A DNA stretch of 64,000 nt from Camelus ferus (lineage: Eukaryota): contig NC_045696.1 in the NCBI RefSeq assembly GCF_009834535.1, positions 73,162,001 to 73,226,000 on the forward strand, in the 5' to 3' direction. Of this stretch, positions 1 through 12,301 are shown piece by piece (position 1 is the first letter of the stretch; each line of letters opens with the position of its first letter). A model generated the notes under the pieces. That model worked only from the letters and a program-made list of their open reading frames with translations, had not been told where the DNA came from and searched no databases. Both the position numbers and the translations under genes were made by a program.

Positions 1-349
1 TGCTTTCCAGGTGATCTGATCTGCCTTCTTTACCTACAACATCATTGTTGGATGTCCTCCACCTCTGCTTTTACTGTGTTACACACACCTTGGTTTCAGA
101 ACCTATAATGGCCCTTTTGTTCATGTGTATTGCACAAAATCCTTGGAACTTCCAAGTTCAAGGAACTGCCTTGCTTAGTTACCAGGGCTTTGCAAGATCT
201 AGTTCTAAGGTAGCACCTCTCCAACCTTATTTCCCATCAATCAACTTACTATTTAATAATCGTATATCTTACTATTACATACAGGCCTAGGTGCATACCA
301 AGCTGTTCCATCTTTTATCCTCATCTTCTGTATTCAAGGTCCAAATAAA

Positions 350-675
350 CCATAGTCCACTTATGAATCATTCCCCGCAGTGGTAGCTTACGTACTTCTG
401 TCCTCTAATGTCAGTTTCATTTATTATTGACTTTGATGCACATCTGGCCCCCTTTGAATGTCACCCTCTTTACTAAGATTTCCTTATCAATTCAAATAAA
501 ATTTAATATCTTCTTCTACTGTGCCCCATTGTTCTTGGCACACACCTTTATTATAATACACATTATCTTGGATTGTATTTGCCTATCATTTTCCCCAAGT
601 GGAACTTAGGAAAGAAACTGTATTGTATGTATATTTTTAAATCCAGTCACTGGCATATAGATGCTCAGTAAATGA
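350..675 (+). mobile_element. L2 LINE 3' end, highly decayed
   Basis: Resembles the L2 3' terminus (cactggcatatagatgctcagtaaatga at ~648-675). Boundaries approximate. Confidence 0.5.
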
Positions 676-973
676 CTATCCAATAAAGACAGTCCTCACT
701 CCTAAGGAACTCTCAATTCAGGGCGGAGTTTATATTAGTTGTGAGATTAAGATGGCAGCTGAATACTTAAGTAAAAAGGATGGGCAGTTGGAAAGATCAG
801 CTGTTCCTTTCAAAAGTAAACTGAATTTTTAAAGTAAATATTTAAATGTTTGGGTAATGAAATCTGTATCAAAGGCAATATAATGGAACATGGATATTTC
901 CTATAGAAACATAGTTGCATTTTAGATCAGTCCACAGATTGCCTTCTTGGTCCATAACCTACCAAGCTGTAGC

Positions 974-1150
974 CATTTATTAAACATTTGCTAGTTTGAA
1001 GCATTGTAATAAGTACATCACATAAATTTAGTTCTCAGGATTACCTTATGAAGTAACTATTTCCACTGCTATTTTACAGAAAGGAAGTTTGGACTTAGGT
1101 TAACTGAATCTCTCAAGGATACTTGGAACCAGTTCTGTCTGGCTCTGTGC
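974..1150 (-). mobile_element. MIR SINE
   Basis: catttattaaacattt...ctattttacagaaaggaag...ggttaactgaatctctcaagg matches the reverse-orientation MIR core. Confidence 0.6.
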
Positions 1151-1785
1151 TTTACATTGTTTAAAACTGACTTTCATGGTGTGGATGGTATTATTCCTTA
1201 GTGATTTTGGGAGTCTGTATATGATAAATATGGGAGAGGAAAAGAAAGGAAGAAAGTTTTCTATTTCTTTGTTACATAACCTATCTGAAATATTACTGTT
1301 AAAAACTATTCTTTGTGTATTCTGACTTCTTTCTTCACACATACCCTACTGACCTTGATACCTTCCTCCATCTTTTAGGTTCCTAGTGTCTTAATTAAAA
1401 AAAAAAATTCTCTGTGGAGCTCTACTTAGACCTTCAAAGTTCTTCATACTTCTCCCCCTGCCTATTCAAAGCAGCTACTACATTAGGATGTGTGGGAGTA
1501 TAAAACCACATTGAAGTCAAAGCAGTTCTTGCTAACATGTGAATGATGGATAGATACTGGATTCTTCTTTCATGTAAGCATTTTGAAAAACAAAAACAAC
1601 TCATTAACCTAAGTGAAAATGTAAGGATTAAAATTTCAGGCCTTGAAGCCATGTAAGTAAAGCAGATACTTTCCAGAGAAGCCTCAATGTATGAACAGAA
1701 AGGATTTTGAAACACATGTGATGGTGTTGTCTGTGAGATATAAGAGATTGTGTGGGCAGTTCTGCCTGAGAATAAACTTCTTCAG

Positions 1786-1940
1786 CGATTTTTAATTTGG
1801 GGGTGACAGTCATGGACCTCTTTGAAAGTATGTTGAAGGCTATCTGCTCCTTCCTCAGTTACATACAACCTTTTTGTATATTATTTCATGGAATTTATGA
1901 AACTTTGAGGAAACCATGCAGTTGAAAATTATAAAACTCT
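1786..1940. mobile_element. hAT-Charlie-type MITE remnant
   Basis: catggacctctttgaaagtatgttgaaggctat resembles short non-autonomous Charlie elements. Family not resolved. Confidence 0.4.
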
Positions 1941-1997
1941 GCCCCAAAGCTGCTGCTTTTTGGGGGGGAGCATGGACGTTTCCTTCCATTTCTAAGC

Positions 1998-3070
1998 AAG
2001 TGGATTTTAACCATGATTTCATGTTAGAATTAACAGGGGGGCTTACCATCAGCTATTCTGATTTAATAGGTATGTAGTGGGTCCTGAGTAGCAATAATTG
2101 TTTCCCATTTTTTAACTTGAAGTATAGTTGATTTACAGTGTTGAATTAGTTTCTGATATACAGCATAGTGATTCAGTTACACATATAAATATATACATAG
2201 TCTTTCATTACAGGCTACTACAAGCCATTGAATATAGTTCCCTGTGCTATATGGTAGGACCTTGTTGTTTATCTATTCTGTACATAGTAGTTTGAATCTC
2301 CTAATCCCAAACTCTCAATTTATCCCTCCCTCCCTTCCTTCCCCCCTGGTAAATATAAGTTTGTTTTCTGTGTCTGTTAGTCTATTTCTGTTTTGTAAAT
2401 AAGTTTGCTTGTGTCATTTTTTTAAAATTCCACATATAAGTGTTATGATATGATATTTGTCTTTGACTGACTGACTTCGCTTAGTATGATGATCTCTAGG
2501 TCCAACCATGTTGCTGACAATGACATTTCATTCCTTTTTATGGCTGAGTAGTATTCCATTGTGTATATATATACCACATCTTCTCTATTCATTCATCTGT
2601 CAATGGACATTTAGGTTGCTTTCATATCTTGGCTATTTTCCAAAATGGCTGCACCAAACTATATTCCCAACAGTGTAGGAGGGTTCCCTTTTCTCCACAC
2701 CCTCTCCAGCATTTATTATTTGTAGACTTTTTGATGATGGCCATTCTGACTGGTGTGAGGTGATACCTCATTGAATTTTGATTTGCATTTCTCTGATGAC
2801 TAGTGATGTTTGAGTGTCGTCTTTGGAGAAATGTCTATTTAGATCTTCCACCCATTTTTTGATTGGGTTTTTTGTTTTCTTGATATTGAGCTGTGTGAGC
2901 TGCTTGTATATTTTGGAAATTGATCCCTTGTCAGTTGCACGGCTTGCAAATATTTTGTCCCGTTCTATAGGTTTTCTTTTCATTTTGTTTATGGTTTCCT
3001 TTGAATAGCAGTTATTGTTTTAAAAGCTATCCTAGTGATTCTGATGTACAGCTAAATTTAAGAACCATTG
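1998..3070. mobile_element. MER5-family hAT-Charlie MITE, split by an L1 insertion
   Basis: Degenerate TIRs (aagtggattttaacc ... ttaagaaccattg) and perfect 8-bp TSD TTCTAAGC at 1990-1997 and 3071-3078. The two halves are 1998-2103 and ~3021-3070. Confidence 0.75.
2104..3002 (-). mobile_element. 5'-truncated LINE-1 (ORF2 C-terminus plus 3'UTR)
   Basis: ORF 2768..2983 ([15 protein letters not shown]...IREMQIK) is L1 ORF2. TSD gagtagcaataattgttt (2086-2103) / gaatagcagttattgttt (3003-3020), 15/18 identical. Internal deletion near 2640. Confidence 0.93.
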
Positions 3071-3078
3071 TTCTAAGC

Positions 3079-3117
3079 CAGTGGTTCTCAAAGTATTGCC
3101 CTGGACCAGCAGCATCC
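3079..3117. mobile_element. MER5A terminal fragment
   Basis: cagtggttctcaaagtattgccctggaccagcagcatc matches a MER5A end. Confidence 0.7.
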
Positions 3118-3199
3118 TCTTTTTCAGAATACTGTCTTCAGTGAGAAAATAACCACAAGGGCAGCAACTCAGGGAACACCTAGAACCTGAGTTAGGAGG

Positions 3200-3800
3200 A
3201 GGACAAAACACTGCCAAAGGAGAAAGACACCTGGCAGAGAGACAGGAAAAGAATATGGACAACACCATGACATAGAAACTAGAAGACAGGCTGATCAACC
3301 AGCAATTTCAAATGAGCCCTGTCATTGATTGGGTTGATCTTAGAAAGGGAAAAGGAGTTGGCCAGAAGGAAGTCATTGATAAGCTTTGATTGAGAATGTA
3401 ACTTTGGGGTGGAGGGAAAGACAGACTGCAGAGATTCAGAAGAAAATGAGATGCAGTAGGTATAAAAAAGTGTTTCAAAGCTTTGGTTGGGAAAGAAGGA
3501 AGGATGTCAGTGATTGGGAGCAGCAGACTCCAAGAAGCTAGGGGAAGCAGAGGAGACATATTCTTGTGTTAAGAGCTAAAGGAAGAAGCCTTCAGACCAT
3601 ATTTTTTGACAAAATGGGAAAGAGGAGCTATCATGAGAACAAAGAACAAAATCAGGAGTAGAAAAGAAGTAGACGGACTCAGAGTTGCCTTAGGAGTAGA
3701 AAAGAAAGGCAAGATGGAAGGATTCATGTGGAAGAATGGTTTGTAAATGTAAAGATTATGAAATAGGTCATACCTGATGGCATCAAACTTCTTTGTGAAA
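3200..3800 (-). mobile_element. L2 LINE fragment, decayed
   Basis: Purine-rich L2 antisense signature (gtcattgataagctttgattgaga...ggtggagggaaagacagactgcagag). Confidence 0.5.
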
Positions 3801-3929
3801 CAGGAGTAAAATCATCACTGAGGCTTTTTTCTTTTCTTTTCTTTTCTTTTTTCTCTTTTCTTTTTGGATAAGGGATGGCAGAAGGGATTTAGAAGAGGAT
3901 AAAAACAGGATGAGGGAAAAATGCATTTG

Positions 3930-4636
3930 TCTGTGGCCTGGCACTGGTTATCCCCTCTTACTGCCAAGTCTCTGTTTTGTACACCTCTAGAATGGTAACT
4001 CCTGCCTGCTTTACTTCCTTTACTTGTTGTTCAGTAGCTCTTTCCCTGCATGTCCCATAACAGGTCATGGTCCCCAGAGTCTGCCCTTAGCTGTCTTCTC
4101 TAGTTAGTCTCCACTTTTTCCTTGGTCATCACTCCCGTGGCTTCATCAATTTGGTTATCAATTTCAAAGCTAGCCCTAGTCTTTCTCTTGAATTCTAGGT
4201 CTGTATTTAACTGGACATTTAGTACAACTGGACATTTGGTACCTAAGCTTCACTATGTTTAAAATCAAATTTATGCACTTTACTGTGAACTAGTATAAAC
4301 ATGCTCCCCTATCTTCAGCATCACGCTCACCATTAATTATGATGGTCTCCAGAGCGAGAAGCCATCAATGACCTCTTCTTATTCATCAATTCTGATAACT
4401 AACAACTGTCTGATTTTTATTAATTTTACTTCTCAAATATTGCAATATTGCATCTTTCCTAATTTGTATCTCAAAGTTCAACCCTTCACTGTCTTTTATG
4501 ACTTTCTAGCAGATCCCTTGGGTTCTAATAATATGTTCCCTCTTTAACCCATCCTCCATTTCATAAGCACAGATGTTATTCTAAAATGCAGATCTGTCTA
4601 TGTCTCTAACCTTTAATGACTATCCATTTCCTATAG
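3930..4636 (+). mobile_element. L2 LINE fragment
   Basis: ccccagagtctgcccttagc...cactcccgtggcttca...ctaaaatgcagatctg, typical of the L2 3' region. Confidence 0.65.
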
Positions 4637-5235
4637 CTATGGTTTTCAAACTGTTTTCTGAAACCCAGGGTTCCATGAAGAGGTTTCAAAATCAAATTAT
4701 AAGTATGATAATGAAGATGCACTTATATTATTGATTAATGTCTATTTCTGCGTCATACATGATACAGATGAATATGTCAATGGAGAAAAGTGTCCTAAGT
4801 GTACCACTAGACTTCTAGAGAATCCAGAGAAAAATCCAAGACTAAGCATCCACGATGCTTGAAGAATAATAAGCATGATGGCTGATACTGCAAGGAAACT
4901 TTCCAAAGCAAATGGGCCAAAGTATCAATATTGCAATTTCCTCTATTTTTCATGTCTTTGCACACAGTAGGAGAGATTTAGTGCAAATAAAATACATAAC
5001 ACATACATAACAGAAGAAAGTGCTTAGATCAGCTTTGAAACATCAAATCAATAATGTGGAAAGATGTATTCGTATTGCTCAAAAAAAAGCAATAGTAGGG
5101 AAAATAGCAGAAGTAGTGATTTTTTAATAAAAGCTATTACTGAAAATATGTTTGAGGACTTATCCAGTTTGCATAGACATGCATTAGCCCTTAAGAACAT
5201 GCTATTTTCTTTTCAAAACAGTTTTAGTTTATTGT
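4637..5235 (+). mobile_element. hAT-Charlie element with decayed transposase fragment (Buster/ZBED5-like)
   Basis: TIR-like ctatggttttcaaact at 4637. Frameshifted peptides AIVGKIAEVVI (5089-5121) and LHRHALALKNM (5169-5201) resemble the hAT CxxH region. Confidence 0.65.
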
Positions 5236-6781
5236 ATGCAGATCACAAATTTTATTTAATTTTTTTTCTGGAAGGTATAAATTTCAATTTATTATTTACC
5301 CAACCAATGTAAATAGATTGAAATTCTCTACTAAAAAGGCAACGACTCAGATGGCAGCCAGATGGTTGAGCAGAAAGATCCTGAACACACCTCCTCTCAC
5401 AAGCACACCAACATCACAACTATCTGCAGAATAATCATCAATGAAAAAGACTGTAACCTACTAGAAAAGATGCTCTACAACTAAAGAAGGAACCACAACA
5501 AGATGGGTAGGAGGGGCAGATGTGTGATATATTCAAATCCCATTCCCCTTGGGGTGGGTGACCCACAAACTGGAGAAAAATTCTGTGGCAGGGGTTCTCC
5601 CACAGGAGTGAGGGTTCTGAGCCCCACATAAATCTCCCCAGCCTAGGGGTCCAGCACTGAGAAGACGAGCCCCCAGAATATTTGGCTTTGAAGGCCAGTG
5701 GGTCTTTATTGCCAGAGCCCCACGGGATTGGGGGAAATAGACTGCACTCTTAAAGGGTGCACACAGTATCTCACATGTACCTGGACACAGGATAAAAGCA
5801 GTAATTTGATACGAATCTGGACCAGACCTACCTGATGGTCTTGGAGAGTCTCCTGGAGAGGCAGGGGTGGGTGTGGCTCACCCCAGGGATTGAAGACACT
5901 GGCGGCAGACGTACTAGGGAACATTTAACCTTGTGAACACTCTTGGTGGCTGACATATTGGATCATTAACATCAAACCCTGGCCCTTTCCCACAGCCTGT
6001 AGGCTTCAGTGCTGGGATGCCTTGGGCCAGACAACCAACTAGGCAGAGACACAGTACCACCCATCATCAGACAGGCTGCCTAAAGATTTCCTGAGCCAAC
6101 AGCCACCTCTACATACGCTCCTAGACATGGCCCTGCACACTAGGTGGCCAAAACCCAGCTCCACCCACCAGTGGGCAGGCACCAGCCTTTCCCTGCAGGA
6201 AACCTGCATTTGCCTCTAGACCAGTGTCACCCGCCAGGGAGGAGACACCAGAAGCAAGAAAACTACCATCCTGTAGGAATCACCCCCTCCCCCAACCAGT
6301 GATCTGAAACAAGCTCTAGGATCCCTGGGCCCTACAGCCAGACTCCAGGATCTGCCTGCTAGTAGTTCAGCACCAACCCCAGGATCTGGCTTCATGTGCC
6401 AGTGAGTGGGCAACAGCCCCAGAGTCACTGGGACTCCACACGCCAGTGAGCCAGCACAAGCGCCAGGGCCTCCTAGGGTTGTGCGATCAGCTGTCTTGTG
6501 ACCAGACCCCACTAAACAGTTGCCTCTGCACAAGGTAGGGCCTGGTAACCAACCAGACTAGGGACCAACCAAGCTTACCAGACCACCCACATAGTTTTCC
6601 ACAACAGAAGGACCCACAAAGCCCTCTAAGGAGGAACCCCTAGCTCATATAGCTTGGGTGATGAGAGGGGAGTGCACTGCTGGGATGCACAGGGCATCTC
6701 CTATAGAAGGCTACTCCTCCAAGGTCAAGAAACGTAACTAACCTACTACAGACATAAAAATACAAATAGCAACTTAGACAA

Positions 6782-7632
6782 ATGAGGTGGCAGAGGAATA
6801 TGTTCCAAATGAAGGAGCACAATAAAACCCCAAAAGAAGAATTAAGTAAAGATAGGCAATCTACCCAAGAAAGAGCCCAGAGTAACAATCATAAAGGTGA
6901 TCAAAGAACTTGGGAGGAAAACAGATGCACAGAGAGAGAAGCTAGAAGTTTTTAACAAAGAGTTAAAAAATATGAAGAACAACCAAACATGGATGAAAAA
7001 TACAATAACTGAAATGAAAAGTACACTAGAAGGAATCAATAGTAGATTAAATGATACAGAAGGATGGATCAGTGGGCTGGAAGACAGAGTAGTGTAAATC
7101 ACTGCCACTGAATCATAAAAAGAAAATGAAAAGAAATGAAGACAGTTTAGGAGACTTCTGGGACAACATCAAACACACTTAATATTTGCACTATAGGTTT
7201 CCCAGAAGGAGAAGAGACAGAGAGAAAGGACCTGAGAAAATGTTTGAGGAGATAATAGATGAAAACTTCCCTAACCTGGAAAAGGAAACAGTCACTGAGT
7301 CCAGGAAGCACAGAGAGTCCTAAATAGGATTAAACCAAAGAGGAACATACTGAGTCACATAGTAATCAAAATGACAAAAATTAAAGATAAAGAAAGAGAG
7401 ACTACTAAAAGCAGCAAGGGAAAAGCAACAAATAACGTACAAGAGAACTCCCATAAGGCAATCAGCTGATTTTTCAGCAGAACCCTGCAGGCCAGAAGAG
7501 AATGGCATGGTACCCATCAAGGGTTTCATTCAGATTTGATGAAAAAATCAGAAGCTTTACAGACAAGCAAAAGCTAAAGAATTCAGCACCACCAAACCAG
7601 CTTTACAACAAATATTAAAGGAACTTCTCTAG
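6782..7632 (+). pseudogene. L1 ORF1p (RNA-binding chaperone), disrupted
   Basis: Coiled-coil peptide MKNTITEMKSTLEGINSRLNDTEGWISGLEDRVV (ORF 6897..7097). ATG at 6782, TAG at 7630-7632, with internal stops and frameshifts. Confidence 0.88.
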
Positions 7633-8090
7633 GTAAAAAAGAAAAGGCCACAACCAGGAACAAGAAAATTATGAAATGAAAAAGCTCACTGGTAAAGTCA
7701 AACATACAGTAAAGGCAGGAAACCACACACAAAGCTAGTAGGGAAGTTAAAAGATGTAAGAAATAAAATCACCTGTATCCACAATAAGCAGTTAAGGGAT
7801 ACACAAAACAGATGTAAAATATGATATCAAGAACAACAATCATGAGGGGGTGAGAGTACAAATGCAGTGTATTTAAAATGCATTTGAAATTAAGAGATCA
7901 GCAACTTAAAACAATCATGTTTATATAAAGACTGTTATACAAAAACGTCATAGTAATTGCAAACCAGAAATCTATAATAGGTATGCAAAAATAAAAAGGA
8001 ATCCAAACAACACTAAAGATAGTCATCAGATCACAAGAGAAGAAAGGGGAAAATAAGACATACAAAAATAAATCCAAAACAATTAACAAA

Positions 8091-11000
8091 ATGGCAATAG
8101 GAACACACATATCAATAACTATCTTAAATGTAAATGGACTAAATGCTCCAATCAAAAGACACAGACTGGCTGGATAGATACAAAAATAAGACCCATATAT
8201 ATGCTGCCTATAAGAGACTCACTTCAGATCCAGAGACACATACAGGCTGAAAGTGAATGGATGGAAAAAGGTTTTCCATGCAAAGGGGAATCAAAACAAA
8301 GCTGGAGTACCAGTATTTATATCAGACAAAATAGACTTTAAAGTAAATACTGTTGCAAGAGACAAAGAAGGACACTACCTAATGATCAAGAGATCAATCC
8401 AAGAAGATATAACAATTGTAAATATATATGCACCTAAGACAGGAGCACCTCAGAATATAAGGCAAATATTTACAGATATAAAAGGAGAAATCAACAATAG
8501 CACACTAACTGTAGGGGACTTTAACACCCCACTTACATCAGTGGACAAATCATTCAGACAGAAAGTAAATGAGACACAGGCCTTAAACAACACATTACAC
8601 AATGGACTTAGTTGATATACACCATTCCATTCGAAAGCAGCAGGATACACATTCTTTTCAAGTGCACATGGAATATTTTCCAGGTTAGATCACATGCTAG
8701 ACCACAAAAAAAAAAAAAAAAGCTTCAGTAAACTTAAGAAAATTGAAATTATGTCAAGCATTTATTTATATATTTTTGGTGGGTGGAGGTAATCAGGTTT
8801 GTTTGTTTATTTATTTATTTATTTTAATGGCAATACTGGAGATTGAACCCAGGACCTCATGTATGCTAGGCACGCCTTCTACCACTGAGCTGTACCCTCC
8901 CCACCTCAAGCATTTTTTCTGACCGTAAAGCCATGAGACTCAAAATCAACTACAAGAAAAAAAAAAAAACTGCAAAAATCCACAAGCATGTTGAGGCTAA
9001 ACAATATGCTGCTACACAACTAATGGATCACTGAAGAAATCAAAGAGGAAATTAAAAAAAAATACCTAGAGGTAAATGAAAATGAAAACACAATGATCCG
9101 AAGCCTCTGGGTTGCAGCAAAAGCAGTTCTAAAAGGGAAGTTTATAGTGATACAATTTCTCAGGAAACAATAAAAATCTCAAATAAACAAATTAACCTTA
9201 CACCTAAAGGAACTAGAGAAAGAAGAACAAACAAAACCCAAAGTTACTAAAAGGAAAGAAATCATAAAGAACAGAACAGAAATAAATGAAAAAGAGACTA
9301 AAAAACAATAGAAAAGATCAATGAAACTAAAAGCTGGTTCTTTGAAAAGATAAACAAAATTGATAAACCTTTAGCCAGATTCATCAAGAAAAAAAGGGAG
9401 AGGACCCAAATCAATAAGACCAGAAATGAAAATGAAGTTACAACTAAAACCACAGAAATACAAAGGATCATAAGAGATTACTATGAGCAACTATACACCA
9501 ATAAAATGGACAACCTAGAAGAAATTGACAAATTCTTAAGAAAGGTACAACCTCCCAAGATTGAACCAAGAAAAAACAGAAAATATGAACAGACCAATTA
9601 CCAGTACTGAAACTGAATAAGTAATTTTAAAACTCCCAACAAACAAAACTCCAGGACCAGATGGCTTCATAGGGGAATTCTACCAAACATTTAGAGAAGA
9701 GTTAATGCCTATCCTTCTGAAACTATTCCAAAAAATTGCAGAGGAAGGAACACTTCCAAATTCATTCTATGAGGCCACCATGACTCTGATACCAAAACCA
9801 TAGAAAGATATCACAAAAAAGAAAATCACAGGCCAATATCACTTATGAATATATGAAAAAATTCTCAACAAAATACTAGTAAATCAACTCCAACAATACA
9901 TTAAAAAGGTAATATGCCATGAGCATGTGGGATTTATCTCAGGGATGCAAGGATTTTTCAATATCTGCAAATCAATTAATGTGATACACCACATTAACAA
10001 ATTGAAGAATAAAAATCATGTGATCATCTCAACAGATGAAGAAAAAGCTTTTGATAAAAGTTCAACATCCATTTACGATAAAAACTCTCCAGAATATGGG
10101 CATAGAGGGAACATATCTCAACATAATAAACGCCATCTATGGCAAGCCCATAGCTAAAAATCATACTCAATGGTGAAAATCTGAAATCATTTTCTCTAAG
10201 ATCAGGAACAAGACAAGGATGTCCACTCTCACCACTTTTATTCAACATAGTTTTCAAAGTCCCTGCCACAGTAATTAGAGAAGAAAACAAAATAAAGGAA
10301 TCCAAATTGGAAAAGAATAAGTAAAACTGTCACTGTTTGCAGATGACATGATACTATACATAGAAAATACTAAAGAGGCCACCAAAAAACTACTAGAACT
10401 CATGAGTGAATTCAGTAAAGTTGCAGGATACAAAATTAATATACAGAAATCAGTTGCATTCCTATACAATAACAATGAAATAGCAGAAAAAGAAATTAAA
10501 GAAACAATCCCATTTACCATGGTATCAAAAAGAATAAAATACCTAGGAACAAACCTACCTAAGGAGGCAAAGGACCTGTACTCTGAAAACTATAAGACAC
10601 TGATGAAAGAAATTGAAGACAACACAGATGGAAAGGTATACCATGCTACTGGGTTGGAAGGCTCAATGTTGTTAAAATGACCATAGTATCCAGGGCAATC
10701 TACAGATTTAATGCAATCTCTATCAAATTACCAATGGAATTTTCAAACTGTAACAAAAAAATTTTAAATTTGTATGGAAACACAAAAGACCTTAAATAGT
10801 CAAAACAATCTTGAGAAAGAAGAATAGAGCTGGAGGAATCACACTCCCTGACTTCAGACTATACTACAAAGCTACAATAATCCAAACAGTATGGTATTGG
10901 CAGAAAAACAGACATATAAATCAATGGAACAAGACAGAAAGCCCAGACATAAACCCATGTATTTATGGTCAATTAGTTTATGACAAAGGAGGCAAGCATA

Positions 11001-11930
11001 TACAGTAGAGAAAAAACAGTCTCTTCAATAAGTGGTGCTGGGAAAACTGGAAGTTACATGTAAAAGAACAAAATTAGAACATTATGTAGCACCATATACA
11101 AAAATAAACTCAAAATGGATTAAAGACCTAAATGTAAGACTGGATACTATAAAACTCCCAGAGGAAAACAGGCAGGACAGTCTTTGACATAAGTTGCAGC
11201 AATTTTTTTGGATCCATCTCCTGGAGTAATGGAAATAAAACAAAAATAAACAAATGGGACTGAATTAAACTTAAAAGCTTTTGCACAGCAAAGGAAATCA
11301 TCAGTAAATGAAAAGACAAACTATAGAATGGGACAAAATATTTGCAAATGATGCAACTGATAAGGGCTGAATTTCCAGAATGTACAAACAGTTCATACAG
11401 CCTAATAACAAAAGAACTACCCAATCAAAAAATGGGCAGAAGGCCTAAACAGACATTTCCCCAGTGAAGACATCCAGATGGCCAACAGGCTTATGAAAAG
11501 ATGGTCAACACTACTAATTATTTGAGAAATGCAAATCAAATCTGCAGTGAGGTAGGTCACCTCACACCAGTCAGAATGGCCATCATCAAAAAGTCTACAA
11601 ATAATAAATGCTGTAGAGGATGTGGAGAAAAGGGAATGTAAGTTGGTCTGCAGACACTTTGAAGGATAACAACTAAAAATAAACACCATATGATCCAGCA
11701 ACCCTGGGCATATATCCAGAATAATTAAAAAAGATACATGAACCCCAGTGTTCATAGTGGCACTATTTACAATAGCCAAGATATGGAAGCAACCTAAATG
11801 TCCATCGACATATGAATGGATACAGAAATTGTGGTGTATATACCATGCAATATTACTCCACCATAAAAAAGAATGAAATAATGCCATTTACAGTGATGTG
11901 GATGAACCTAGAAATTATCATACTAAGTGA
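8091..11930 (+). pseudogene. L1 ORF2p (endonuclease / reverse transcriptase), disrupted
   Basis: Start MAIGTHISITILNVNGLNAPIKR at 8091. EN motifs NIYAP and GDFNTPL (ORF 8253..8615). RT motif FADD at 10336-10347, then [12 protein letters not shown] and [14 protein letters not shown]. Confidence 0.93.
8764..8905 (-). mobile_element. tRNA-derived camelid SINE (vic-1-like) nested in L1 ORF2
   Basis: Minus strand reads ggggagggtacagctcagtggtaga (A box)...gggttcaatctcc (B box) followed by an A-rich tail. TSD TCAAGCATTT at 8754-8763 and 8906-8915. Confidence 0.9.
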
Positions 11931-12301
11931 AGTCAGGCAGACAGAGAAAGACAAATATCATATGATACCACTTATATGTAGAATCTAAAAAAAAATTGAT
12001 ACCAATGAACTTATTTACAAAACAAAGAAACTCACAGACATAGAAAACAAAATTATGGTAAGCAAAGGGGAAATGGAGGTGGGGAGGGCTAAATTAGGAA
12101 TTTGGAATTAACAGATACACACTACTATATATAAAGTAGATAACAAGGACCTACTGTATAACACAGGGAATTATATTCAATGTCTTATAATAACCTATAA
12201 TGGAAAAGAATCTGAAGAAATATCTATATGTATGTATGTATAACTGAATCACTTTGCTGTACATCTGAAACATTGTAAATCAACTATACCTCAATAAAAA
12301 A

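Larger units (their letters stand above)
5355..12301 (+). mobile_element. Near full-length, inactivated LINE-1 (~7 kb)
   Basis: GC-richer 5'UTR starting with YY1-like cagatgg, ORF1 and ORF2 remnants, 3'UTR ending caactatacctcaataaaaaa. Many stops, frameshifts and short deletions. Confidence 0.97.

Noticed and set aside
5438..6533. GC-richer region as a CpG-island promoter or coding exons
   Set aside because: It is the L1 5'UTR, CpGs are largely decayed and the ORFs have no recognisable homology.
8830..8905. tRNA gene (A and B boxes present); also 27450-27528
   Set aside because: The A-rich tail, TSD and second diverged copy mark these as tRNA-derived SINEs.
8253..11008. ORFs with endonuclease and reverse transcriptase motifs as a novel RT system
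   Set aside because: They are collinear, frameshifted pieces of ordinary LINE-1 ORF2.
11417..11887. 156-aa minus-strand ORF, the longest in the track
   Set aside because: It is the antisense reading of the L1 ORF2 3' end, a common spurious ORF. The same applies to 53817-54570, 55216-55521 and 58961-59641.
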